A DNA stretch of 35,245 bases, from positions 79,666-114,910 of IMG/VR virus record IMGVR_UViG_3300031998_000029, one strand, 5' to 3'. Below the pieces are notes generated by a model. The model had not been told where the DNA came from. It saw nothing but the letters and a program-made list of their open reading frames with translations, and searched no databases. This DNA is from a virus. Its lineage: Duplodnaviria; Heunggongvirae; Uroviricota; Caudoviricetes. The position numbers were made by a program, and so were the translations under genes. Below are positions 1 through 9,421 of the stretch, piece by piece; position 1 is the first letter of the stretch; every line of letters begins with the position of its first letter.

Positions 1-832
1 CGCATGCGCTTTGCCACGCACGCCACTTGTTTATTATCTCCTGGGAAAAATTATCGGTAGTAAGAAAATAGTCAATATTGTAAATCTTATTTGTGCCGGT
101 GGGGTTGACGCTGCGTATAGACACTCCGTCCGCACCGTTTACGTCAAGACAGGTAACAATACTGTCGCTGTCTTCTTCTATTTCTATATTTTTAATCAGA
201 GAATCGCTAGACAGGTATACCTGCTTTGTTGGTATAATCGACTGTACCGATGTGACATGTACGATTCTCCCGTATGTATCGAAATCAAAAATACATCCGT
301 AGCTTTCCTGCGCATCAGATTTTATAAAGTCGTATACCTTTTTATTTATATCTTTGAATGTCCTGTATTTGCCTATCAAAGATTCGTCTATATCAAATCT
401 CCAGTCTGGCATCTTCTCTGCGATACGCCCTATAACGGTGTCGGGATTCCCGACGTTTGTTCCGTCGAAGAAATTGAACGTGCCGTCTTCGAGATAGATG
501 GTCTTTTTTGTAAATTCATATTCAAGCGAATATGCCTTGCATGACTTTACCCTGCGTACACCGTCCGTAGTTTCGGTAGGGTCTACGAGAATAAACTGCC
601 CAACTCCTACGAGATCTATCATGCGCATACCGACAACCTGATCGTAATACGGGATCAGTTCGCCGTCTAATGAATACGGTATGTCAAATTGTAAAACGGA
701 AATTTCATTATAATTTAGTTCGAGTTCGACATTGAAGGCATAACCTAATGTGGAAATCGGAGTATCGTCAAGGTTCTTTAAAACCAGGACAGGCTTTTCT
801 CTGCAATCAAATCGGGAAAAATCTACAATCAA
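1..832 (-). CDS. Phage tail protein (minor tail/Tal-like), 3'-truncated by window edge; absent from ORF track
   Basis: Manual translation: SD GGGGTG then TTG at 832, MIVDFSRFDCREKPVLVLKNLDDTPISTLGYAFNV..., open for 277 codons to the window edge; directly downstream of tape measure gene. Confidence 0.75.
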   Translation of the reverse strand, partial: MIVDFSRFDCREKPVLVLKNLDDTPISTLGYAFNVELELNYNEISVLQFDIPYSLDGELIPYYDQVVGMRMIDLVGVGQFILVDPTETTDGVRRVKSCKAYSLEYEFTKKTIYLEDGTFNFFDGTNVGNPDTVIGRIAEKMPDWRFDIDESLIGKYRTFKDINKKVYDFIKSDAQESYGCIFDFDTYGRIVHVTSVQSIIPTKQVYLSSDSLIKNIEIEEDSDSIVTCLDVNGADGVSIRSVNPTGTNKIYNIDYFLTTDNFSQEIINKWRAWQSAC

Positions 833-857
833 GTTATCACCCCCATGTTATATATTT

Positions 858-880
858 TGAGCCCCGATAAACGGGGCTCA
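858..880 (-). other. Perfect 9-bp stem hairpin after the tape measure stop
   Basis: TGAGCCCCG-ATAAA-CGGGGCTCA; no U-tract on the minus strand, so more likely an mRNA stabiliser or processing site than a terminator. Confidence 0.55.
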
Positions 881-886
881 TTAACG

Positions 887-3800
887 TTAAAATAAACTCG
901 GATCACGTTTAACTCCTCTTTTTGAAAAGCCTTCTTCGATGTACTTCGCAGACAAAGTTCCTATAATCTTCGCGTGCTGTTTGATTGCATCATCATCGAG
1001 CTTTTGAACTACCTGTATAGGAGCAGTCACTTCAATACGTTCGATGTTATATGCCGGAGCTGCAGCCGTAATTCCAGACACTGCTTTAGACAACTCTCCC
1101 ATAGGAGAAGCCAGTCCTGAGAAATACGCTCCTCCGAAAGCTTTGTCTATAAGATTATGGTCTAACGCGGTTCCCAGCTTTTCAGACAGTACAGAAATAA
1201 AATCAACGATCTTGTAAAGGCCGCGTTCGCGCTTTTCATCGAGCACAGCTTCTCCTTTTTCAAGAATCGCCATTACTTCATTTTGTTTGAGAGTAGGGTA
1301 GTCTCCGACAATTCCGCCGGCGTGGTAGATATCATACAGCTTCTTGCCGTTGATCCACCAGACTCCATTTGCGTCTCTTGTGACGGACGCTCCTAAATAG
1401 TCGCCAAGCCGAGTGCCGAGAACAACGTTCTCGTCTGCAAGAGCTTTTCTTGTGGATTCGTTGGCGGCGCTCCAAAGAGCGCTGTTCTGTTTCATCTTTG
1501 CAACTATTGCTTTTGCAACGTCGTCGTCGTTAAGATTAAACAGGCGGCTTCCGTCCGCGCGATACCAGAATCCGTTATCGGAATATATATTTTCTCCGGT
1601 TAAAGACCTGTATTGACTCGCGAGAGAATTCTGCTCTCGCTCAATGTTAGCTCTCTCGGCGTCAGTACCAGACCACCATTTGTATGCGTTATTGCGCATT
1701 GTGCCGACGATCTGACTGACAGAATCAACCATCTGGCTTTTATTATTCGGGAGTGCGGCTCCGAGATTTTGATATGTATCAACTCCCGCATATGCGGATA
1801 CAAAAGAGCCGTATCTCTGAACCGCCTCTGACGCAGCATCCCACGCATTTACAAGGTCTTTCTGCAGCGTAGAGCCATACTCATAGTTCCAAGAAAGAAG
1901 CTCCTGGTAAAGCGTGTCCCACCCGTTGCTGATTCGGTCTAATGTCGCCTGATACAGTTTCTCTGCGCTATTCAGAGTATCTTTTAGGGCGTTTATCTCT
2001 TTATCCTTTTCGCCCTCGTACGCCTTGAGTTCATTGTCAAGAGCCTGAGTTTGGATGTCATAAGCATAGTCGCTCTGCTGATCTGCGAGATCCTTCTGGA
2101 GCTTTGCGAGCTCTTCTTCAAGACCGCGACGCTCAGCCTGAGCTTCACGGCTGTCGTCAAGCGACAACTGTGTTATCTTAGACTGCAGTTTTGCAATCTC
2201 GGCAACCTTTTCAAGTACGCTCTTTTCTCTGTCTTCCTGCTCTTTTTGCAGCCGCAGAAGTTCCTTCTTTTGACTTATGATATCTCCATAGTCTTCTTTA
2301 AGCTTTTCAAGCGCTTCGACCTGATTGCTGTTTTCCCACTTCACCATCTCCTGCGTAAGATCAAAGATGGTGTTAAGAGCATCCTTCTGGCTTATATAAC
2401 TGCTGTCAAGAGTTTTATAGTAAGCAGATACGGAGTTTATCGCGGTTCTGCTCAGAGACTGTATCTTAACGATGTGTTCTACAGCGTCGTCAAAGAATCT
2501 GGATTCTATGCCGTTTGCCGTGCCGATTGCCTTGGCAAGTCCGATAGTAGCATACGCCAGATCCCATGTAGAATTGGCTCCTGCCGTATTGACCTGCGTT
2601 AAGTTCTCAAGAACAGAAACTTCTCCCTGTTCCGCCGCAAGAAGAACCTGCTTTGCATAAGCAAGAGCGGTCTCAACCGCCATGTCTTCTGTCTTGGCGG
2701 CAATGACGTCCTGCATAGCCTGCTCGTTTAAAACCAACTCGCCATTCTCGTCAATAAGCATGCTCAGATATTTCGGCCCGAGCTTGAGAAGGGACTGCAG
2801 ACTATCGACGCTGAGATATCCGGTCTCTGCGTACTCTCGTCCGGCACTTACTATTGTAGAATAGGCTTCTTCGAGATTGTCTACAACCTCGTTAGCCTTT
2901 GATATGATATCATCAAGGGCGTCGCTCAGAGATGTTATATAAGACTGAAGCTTACTCTGTAACTCCTGAAGATACTCATCGCTGTCTCTCAATCCGCTTG
3001 CTCTCGCAGAAGCTATTTCTGCCTTAACTCTTGCAATAGCTTCTTTATAAAGAGCTACCACCTTATCGGTGTTATAGTCATCCTCCCCAAGCATAGATAT
3101 CTCATGTTCTATATCTTCTAAGGAGTCGCGGAATACATCGCGCAGCCCATTAAATACTTCTTCCTGATACTGCCAGAAATCATCAAGCGCCAAGATGCCT
3201 TCACTATACGCTTGCTGATACGCAGAACCGAGCCACTCAAAATATTCAGAGTCGGTCTCCTGCTCCATGGCAACAAGGTGTTTATGATACTTGTACTGCT
3301 TCTCGAACCATGTTTCTGCCTTTGAGCCGCCACCACCGCTGCTGCCCGAAGGCGCGGTATAATCAATAGAGAACTGACTTAAGTCGAAAGGCTCAACTGT
3401 TATTGGTTTGCTCGCAAGGTTTTGTGCTTCGCTCTCTAAAGCTGCTATTGCTTCCTCGCGGAATTTGGACGGCGACGATGCGTTCTGATTCCTATAGTCT
3501 TCGGCAAGATCCATCATCGCCTTGGCCTTGGCTAGATTCTCAAGAGCTTTAGTGTCCGCCCTTGCTGCAGCGGCAAGATTCATCAACTGCTGAATGTCAT
3601 TAGCCGTCTTAATTCCGTTCTGGTTGACCATCTGCTTTGTCTGAGCAAGTTTGATAAGGGTTTCGATTGTAAGCTTCCCACCCTCGCATTCGTCATACAG
3701 AGCAGTTAACTCATCTTTACTCAGCTCGACATAATCTTCGGTTGTATACATCAACCGTCTCTTATTTTCATCAAGTTGGGCATCAACAAGAGCCGCCGCG

Positions 3801-6800
3801 TTACCGACACCATTCTGTTCGAGCCAAGCAATGGTAAGATCGCGTGTGTCCTCCGTGATGTTTTTCATTGCGTCGGAGTTTAGGATATATGCCGTGGTGA
3901 GCTTATTAAATGCGTCCTGACAGGCCGCAATATTGTCTGGAGATTTTGTAATTGTTGCTATAAAATCTTCGTACTCTTTGCCAAGACTTCCAAACTTTTC
4001 AATAAACTTATCATTGATTAATAACGAAAAATCGAAGTCCCCTTTGTCGACTATATCTTCGTAAATCTTAGATATATCCGACAAACCGTCGCTGATAGAG
4101 TCGAGTCCTTTAAGAGCCCTTGCGGTGTTTGTCAGCTTGGAAGCCGCATCGTCTGCGCTCTTAGCCATATTAGCGTAGGCCGTCCGCAAGATCTTTAGCT
4201 TTTTCTGGTTCTTGTCGATAGCGCTTGTTGTGTTGCTTAATGCTTCAGAAAAATTCGAAGCAAATTCCGCATCCATAAGACCCGCTTCATCAACCAGATC
4301 TTCATGTTCGCTCTTTATCTCAGAAAGTTTTTCTTCAAACGGCAACCAATAAGATGCGTCGTACTCTCCTTGCTTAACATTGACAATAAGATTGTAGCGG
4401 TCAGACGCCAACAACCCATCGATACCATCTTCTACGATTAAAGAGTCAATATACTCTCTTAATGCTTGTTTTGATAAAACTGTACCATCTTCAAGAATTG
4501 GTGTTATATCGATGGTATATACATATTCGCCATATCCTATGGTTTCCCCTTGAGTATATGTAGTGGCATAGTCGCTTCTTTTATAATCTCTCCATCCGGC
4601 GTCCTGCATTTGTTTAGGAGATATAAACGGCCGCTTATTATATTCGACATTTCCGTTTGTCAAGTTGTCGTGTTCTTCCCCGAGTTCTTTGATGCGAAGA
4701 AGAACCCTTTCTTCCTCCTCTAAGGATTTGATTTCTTCTTCGATAGGAGAAATAAGCTCCCGAACATCTTGATCCAGATATTCTTTCCACGCTTTAATAT
4801 TCAGCTTGATAACGCCGTTTTCTTCATAAAGATAATCTAGGTAGTCGTCTGTTTCGTCAGCAAGGGCTTTAATGGTTGCGGGAGACAATCCTATTCCGGA
4901 GTCCATCTCCTCCTGAGCTTTTGCTATCAAATCATATTTTGATTTAAGCGAAGTCAACTCATCGGAAAGGGTTTTAATATCCTTAATTTCATCCGATACA
5001 TTTGATAGAGCCCAACCCGTATCTTCTGCGTCAACCGTAACCCCATTAAACGCTTTTGCTAACAAATTGAGACTATCTTTTGAATCGTCTGATACAACTC
5101 CGAGATCAATTGCCTTCTGAATGAAATCTGCATATGCGGGATCGTCTAATATGTCTGCCGTGATCTGCCCCTGTTTGCCCAATTCGCGTAAAGGCTCTAT
5201 TGCGTCAGCGTATCTCCAGTTATCAATAAGATAGTCAAATGCACTCTTCTTTGATCCTTCGCCACCAGCAAGGATATCAAGCTTATGTCGAAAATCATTT
5301 ATAAAATCAAGATTTTCGTTTATTCTTTTTTCAAAAGACGTATGTGGGTTTATTATATATTCAACATTATCGAACTCTTTAAACTTCTCGTTTTGATCGA
5401 TTAATAGCTGAAGAATTTTGGCGGTTTCGTTTTCAATACGTTCTTTATCTTTTTGATACTGTTCGTTTGCGAGATCGTCTTTATACTTTTCAGCAAGTTC
5501 AGCAAGTCTATCGAGGTTTTCTTGATATTTGCTAAACTGACCCATTATATAATCTCTGCCGAGAACGCGATCTGAACTTGTTCCGCCTATGCGTCCCCCG
5601 GACGATGCGGGCTTATATTTGTCGAGCTCGAAATCCATTGATTTCAGGAACGCTTCCTGAGCTTCTCTATTCTTTATTTGCTGTTCTAGCTTAAGAAGTC
5701 GAATTTGTGTGTTAAGCTCAATATTGGATTGTTTGAGTTTGTCTAATTCTTCCTGTTCAACAAAACTTATAGAGTTTCTCTTTTGGCTTAGTTCTTTTAT
5801 GCGAGACTGAACATTCCTTAGTTCTTCGCCCAATGAATCGAGTTTTTCTTGGTTTGCGCTGATTTCGTTCCTAAGACTTACATATTTTTCACGAGCTTTA
5901 TCAGCCTGCTCGCAATATGACTTTACAGCCTTAACCATAAGGGAAATAGCGGCGACGGTTGCAGCAATGTACAATGTCGGCCCTTTAAACGCTTCATTTA
6001 ATACGGTACCAAGTCCGCCTCCGGCGACGATCTGCCCCCGAATGGTGCTTATAACTTTTGAAAGCTTAATAAGCGCAGGAACCAAAACCGTAGTTATAAT
6101 ACCTGGCACACCGCCAATTAAGTTAATAACAAATGAAATAGCAACCCCAATATAGTTTAATCCCTTAAGTAATATTGTCCCAAGAGATATAGCATCTGTG
6201 ATGATGCTCTTATCAGCAAGAGTATAGGCCATCTCCTGAAATACCGCTTTGAACTGCTCGGCCTTTGCTTTCGCACTATCCATATAAATGCTGTTTGCTT
6301 TGGAAGCAGTGCCTGCCGAATTCATAGCGGACTCATATGCACCCATCGCGTCCTTGATGTTAGTGATAGTAGACATGATTCCGGAAAGCTGTCTCGTTCC
6401 GCCGAGAATCTCAGAGACTCTTGCACGGGCTTCGTCGCTTCTCATTTTGTCCCATACGGCGGCAAGCTCGGTAAAGATGGTATAAAGGTCTTTATACCGA
6501 TCCTCGTCGAGCATTATATCGACTCCGGACAGAGCCATTATTTCTTTTCGATATTTTGAGAGACCGTCTGCAAGGTCTTCGGTATCTTCTCCCATAGATT
6601 CAAGCTCTGTTTTGGCGCCCCTGATACGCGCGCTTACCGTCTTCCACATTGTACCAACGTTAGCGGCATTCTGAAGAGCGGCATTGGTAGCGGCAAATAA
6701 CGCAGCGCTCTGCTCAAAGCTTGTTCCGGAAGCATTTAACGCGGCGCCGCCACGCTGGAATGCTTCCATAAGCTCTTCGGCGGAGATGGCGTATTTCTGA

Positions 6801-8137
6801 CCAACTTCAACGAGAACGTCTGCAACATGTTCTGCGTCGCTGACATCCAAGCCGAATCCCTTAATAATAGAAGTAAGTCCGGTCGTAGCGTCGTCCGCAT
6901 TAACCGCCGCAACATTCGAAAGAATGGTTGCATATTCCGCAAGGCTCGACGCATCCTTAAGGGAGTATCCGAGTCTTGAGAATACTTCGATAGATTTTAC
7001 TACATTAGTCGTACTCTGACCCAGTTTCTGAGAAACTTCAAACGCGGTGTTTGCAAACTCCCGCATCTGCGAGTCGGTCGCGCCGGTAACTATCCTGAGC
7101 TGAGTAAATGCGCTGTCCAGCTCCATTGTGGTAGACACCATTTCTCTAATGGCTCTACGCGCCAACATTGTAACGCTATAAATACCTGTTAACTGCCCCA
7201 AGACAGACATTATATTTTTGAATCTGTCGCCAAAAGACATTATGTCTTTGCCGGCAGATTTAAGCGTAGAAGCGTTTTTGGAAAAAGATGTCGTAAGCGA
7301 ATCGAGTTTTTGTTTGAAATCCTCAAGGGTGATTTCGTGCTTTTCGTATTGACTTATCCAAGTTTTTAAATTTTGAGCGTCGTTTTTAATCGAACCAAAT
7401 ATGCCAGCATATTTTTCATTCTTCGAAGCTGAGCTATATTTTTGCATCACTTCATACTGTCGCGTTTCAAGAGCATAAGCGCGTTGTAAAAGACGTTCAC
7501 GTTCTTCTAAAGCAGCGGCCTCTTCTTTCTTCATCGCCAAATCCGCCTTAAAGATTTCCGCGCTTTCCTTCGCAGACTTAGAGGCATTATTGATACCGAT
7601 CAGATTATTTATCTGTTCTTGCAGGGAAGTATTTGTGGCGGCGGCGGCTTTTTGAGCCTCTCTTTCGCGAGCTTCAAATTCTGAAAGGTATTTATTAGCT
7701 TCCTTTTGAGCTGCCGCATCTTCTCTATCCATCGCCCAAGCCATTTTCATTATACTTGCGCTATCTTTAGCGGATTTTGCGACCCTGTTTATTCCTAACA
7801 AATTGTTTATTTGCTCTTGTAGCGCAGTATTTGCAACAGCAGTTTCTTTTGCAATATTTCGCTCATACTCTCGGATATCAGATAAAAACTGAATATTTGA
7901 CGGCGGAACGCCTAAGTCGCTTCGAGCATTTGTTCCAGTAGATAATTCAAGAACACTCTTTCTTAACCTTTGAATGGCGGCGTTTGCTGCTGATAAATCT
8001 ACGCCAATCTTGATTTTTAGCGGACGCTCGCTTTCAATTTTTTTAATTATGTCTTCGAGGTCTTTAGATATCGCGTCAAAACTGCCTTCTTCCGCACCAA
8101 ATATAAGTTTTACATCAGCTTCGCTCAATTGCATCAC
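887..8137 (-). CDS. Phage tail tape measure protein (TP901-type core)
   Basis: 2416 aa, helical Ala/Glu/Lys-rich; TP901-like core (ELDSAFTQLRIVTGAT...FSRLGYS...LIDVAQKY-like EVGQKYAISAEEL), hydrophobic Gly-rich stretch, C-terminal HAGGIVG motif; position after tail tube and putative chaperones. Start may be ATG 8134. Confidence 0.92.
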   Translation of the reverse strand: MMQLSEADVKLIFGAEEGSFDAISKDLEDIIKKIESERPLKIKIGVDLSAANAAIQRLRKSVLELSTGTNARSDLGVPPSNIQFLSDIREYERNIAKETAVANTALQEQINNLLGINRVAKSAKDSASIMKMAWAMDREDAAAQKEANKYLSEFEAREREAQKAAAATNTSLQEQINNLIGINNASKSAKESAEIFKADLAMKKEEAAALEERERLLQRAYALETRQYEVMQKYSSASKNEKYAGIFGSIKNDAQNLKTWISQYEKHEITLEDFKQKLDSLTTSFSKNASTLKSAGKDIMSFGDRFKNIMSVLGQLTGIYSVTMLARRAIREMVSTTMELDSAFTQLRIVTGATDSQMREFANTAFEVSQKLGQSTTNVVKSIEVFSRLGYSLKDASSLAEYATILSNVAAVNADDATTGLTSIIKGFGLDVSDAEHVADVLVEVGQKYAISAEELMEAFQRGGAALNASGTSFEQSAALFAATNAALQNAANVGTMWKTVSARIRGAKTELESMGEDTEDLADGLSKYRKEIMALSGVDIMLDEDRYKDLYTIFTELAAVWDKMRSDEARARVSEILGGTRQLSGIMSTITNIKDAMGAYESAMNSAGTASKANSIYMDSAKAKAEQFKAVFQEMAYTLADKSIITDAISLGTILLKGLNYIGVAISFVINLIGGVPGIITTVLVPALIKLSKVISTIRGQIVAGGGLGTVLNEAFKGPTLYIAATVAAISLMVKAVKSYCEQADKAREKYVSLRNEISANQEKLDSLGEELRNVQSRIKELSQKRNSISFVEQEELDKLKQSNIELNTQIRLLKLEQQIKNREAQEAFLKSMDFELDKYKPASSGGRIGGTSSDRVLGRDYIMGQFSKYQENLDRLAELAEKYKDDLANEQYQKDKERIENETAKILQLLIDQNEKFKEFDNVEYIINPHTSFEKRINENLDFINDFRHKLDILAGGEGSKKSAFDYLIDNWRYADAIEPLRELGKQGQITADILDDPAYADFIQKAIDLGVVSDDSKDSLNLLAKAFNGVTVDAEDTGWALSNVSDEIKDIKTLSDELTSLKSKYDLIAKAQEEMDSGIGLSPATIKALADETDDYLDYLYEENGVIKLNIKAWKEYLDQDVRELISPIEEEIKSLEEEERVLLRIKELGEEHDNLTNGNVEYNKRPFISPKQMQDAGWRDYKRSDYATTYTQGETIGYGEYVYTIDITPILEDGTVLSKQALREYIDSLIVEDGIDGLLASDRYNLIVNVKQGEYDASYWLPFEEKLSEIKSEHEDLVDEAGLMDAEFASNFSEALSNTTSAIDKNQKKLKILRTAYANMAKSADDAASKLTNTARALKGLDSISDGLSDISKIYEDIVDKGDFDFSLLINDKFIEKFGSLGKEYEDFIATITKSPDNIAACQDAFNKLTTAYILNSDAMKNITEDTRDLTIAWLEQNGVGNAAALVDAQLDENKRRLMYTTEDYVELSKDELTALYDECEGGKLTIETLIKLAQTKQMVNQNGIKTANDIQQLMNLAAAARADTKALENLAKAKAMMDLAEDYRNQNASSPSKFREEAIAALESEAQNLASKPITVEPFDLSQFSIDYTAPSGSSGGGGSKAETWFEKQYKYHKHLVAMEQETDSEYFEWLGSAYQQAYSEGILALDDFWQYQEEVFNGLRDVFRDSLEDIEHEISMLGEDDYNTDKVVALYKEAIARVKAEIASARASGLRDSDEYLQELQSKLQSYITSLSDALDDIISKANEVVDNLEEAYSTIVSAGREYAETGYLSVDSLQSLLKLGPKYLSMLIDENGELVLNEQAMQDVIAAKTEDMAVETALAYAKQVLLAAEQGEVSVLENLTQVNTAGANSTWDLAYATIGLAKAIGTANGIESRFFDDAVEHIVKIQSLSRTAINSVSAYYKTLDSSYISQKDALNTIFDLTQEMVKWENSNQVEALEKLKEDYGDIISQKKELLRLQKEQEDREKSVLEKVAEIAKLQSKITQLSLDDSREAQAERRGLEEELAKLQKDLADQQSDYAYDIQTQALDNELKAYEGEKDKEINALKDTLNSAEKLYQATLDRISNGWDTLYQELLSWNYEYGSTLQKDLVNAWDAASEAVQRYGSFVSAYAGVDTYQNLGAALPNNKSQMVDSVSQIVGTMRNNAYKWWSGTDAERANIEREQNSLASQYRSLTGENIYSDNGFWYRADGSRLFNLNDDDVAKAIVAKMKQNSALWSAANESTRKALADENVVLGTRLGDYLGASVTRDANGVWWINGKKLYDIYHAGGIVGDYPTLKQNEVMAILEKGEAVLDEKRERGLYKIVDFISVLSEKLGTALDHNLIDKAFGGAYFSGLASPMGELSKAVSGITAAAPAYNIERIEVTAPIQVVQKLDDDAIKQHAKIIGTLSAKYIEEGFSKRGVKRDPSLF

Positions 8138-8160
8138 CGTCCTTCGTAAAGTAAAGAATT

Positions 8161-8192
8161 AAAAAAGACTATATCCGATATGGATATAGTCT
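8161..8192 (-). terminator. Intrinsic terminator immediately upstream of the tape measure gene
   Basis: AGACTATATCC-GATAT-GGATATAGTCT 11-bp stem (8166-8192) followed on the minus strand by a T-run. Confidence 0.7.
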
Positions 8193-8799
8193 AGGCTTTT
8201 GTTATGGTTCCGTTTAACGATCCGGCATAATTTCCATCATACTCGTCATCATTAAGAACCGCTGTTATATTATATTTGTTGTGGTACTTATTTATAAAAT
8301 CTTCAATTGATCTTTGCATGAAATGCAAACTTGGTCTCGCGGGCACACTATGAACATAGGTGTCATGCTTTTTCCAATATCCGTACACGCTCTTAGACGC
8401 GACATATCCGTTGTTAAACAGCGCTACAATATTATTTATACCTTCGCTTGTGTTGTCTCCCCTGTAAAGCGACTCGCGTCCCAGGTCGTCTCTGAAATAG
8501 ATAAAGCATTGAAAAACATTATTGCCCGCGTCTTCAATCATATAATCCAATGAATCAAAGTGTTCCATAACAGACTCAGCCAAATCAAATGACGCCGCCT
8601 GCTTTTTTAGCATATCAATAAATTCTTCGGCAAGCTCGGACATTTTACTGTGGGTCAAAACTTCGTCACCCGAACTTGTCACGCCGGAACCGCTCTTCTT
8701 TAAATTTGTTATGGCTTCGCTCATCTTTTTTTTACCGGAGTCTGTTTTTGAATATGCCTTTGCTTTATCCGAAATAGAAGACCAGTTTATAACTGCCAT
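8191..8799 (-). CDS. Phage hypothetical protein, possibly HK97-gp10-like tail completion protein
   Basis: 202 aa, TAATG-coupled to upstream gene; C-terminal PARPSLHFM resembles the PARPF motif of gp10-like proteins. Confidence 0.5.
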   Translation of the reverse strand: MAVINWSSISDKAKAYSKTDSGKKKMSEAITNLKKSGSGVTSSGDEVLTHSKMSELAEEFIDMLKKQAASFDLAESVMEHFDSLDYMIEDAGNNVFQCFIYFRDDLGRESLYRGDNTSEGINNIVALFNNGYVASKSVYGYWKKHDTYVHSVPARPSLHFMQRSIEDFINKYHNKYNITAVLNDDEYDGNYAGSLNGTITKA

Positions 8800-9407
8800 T
8801 ATCCGTTATCTCCGACATTCTGCTTGCCGGATACGCTCATGTATGCTTCAACCACTTTTTGAGCATCGAATTTTCCATCCGCCATAGCGCTTAAGAAGTT
8901 TGCTAAATCTCCCTTATCAACCCCGGTAAAGATATCTTTAAATTCATCTTCAAACTTTTCAACAGAAGAGAACAGGTCGTTAATTCTCCTGGTTGTTTCG
9001 TTGATATTTGACGATGCCTTTTTATCTATCTTCTCGTCGATAGCGTCTATCATTCTGAAAAACTGGTTTTTGTCAATACGCTCCAGTATGAAATCTACAA
9101 TCTCTCCGCTCCTGCAAATAAATTCATATCTCTTTGTGAGGTTTGAAGGCAGAGAAAAATTAGCATACTTTTCTAAAATACTAGATTTGATCATAAAGTC
9201 TTTTAGTTCGGGAAGATAACTGCCATCCTCGGAAAAACAGAACTCTGTTACCTGGTCGACGAATGTCATCATTTCCGAAATAGAAAGAAAATGCTTAATC
9301 GTAATATCCATATCTCCGATGCTATCGGTAATGACAAGCTGTGGAGTATGTTCGTTTATATATTTTTCTAATGCATTAATCGAAATTCTTTTTACCTTTT
9401 CTGCCAT
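8799..9407 (-). CDS. Phage hypothetical protein, possible tail assembly chaperone
   Basis: 202 aa acidic helical ORF with strong SD (GGGGG) in the tail module upstream of the tape measure gene. Confidence 0.55.
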   Translation of the reverse strand: MAEKVKRISINALEKYINEHTPQLVITDSIGDMDITIKHFLSISEMMTFVDQVTEFCFSEDGSYLPELKDFMIKSSILEKYANFSLPSNLTKRYEFICRSGEIVDFILERIDKNQFFRMIDAIDEKIDKKASSNINETTRRINDLFSSVEKFEDEFKDIFTGVDKGDLANFLSAMADGKFDAQKVVEAYMSVSGKQNVGDNG

Positions 9408-9421
9408 ATAAAATCCCCCTT

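Noticed and set aside
8166-8192. GGATATAGTCT resembles the intron S element, suggesting a second intron
   Set aside because: No P, Q or R elements nearby; it is one arm of a perfect terminator hairpin, and the flanking ORFs are intact.
8191-9407. Programmed -1 frameshift between tail assembly chaperone genes
   Set aside because: I did not find a convincing slippery heptamer with an overlapping open frame; the two ORFs are simply TAATG-coupled. Not exhaustively excluded.
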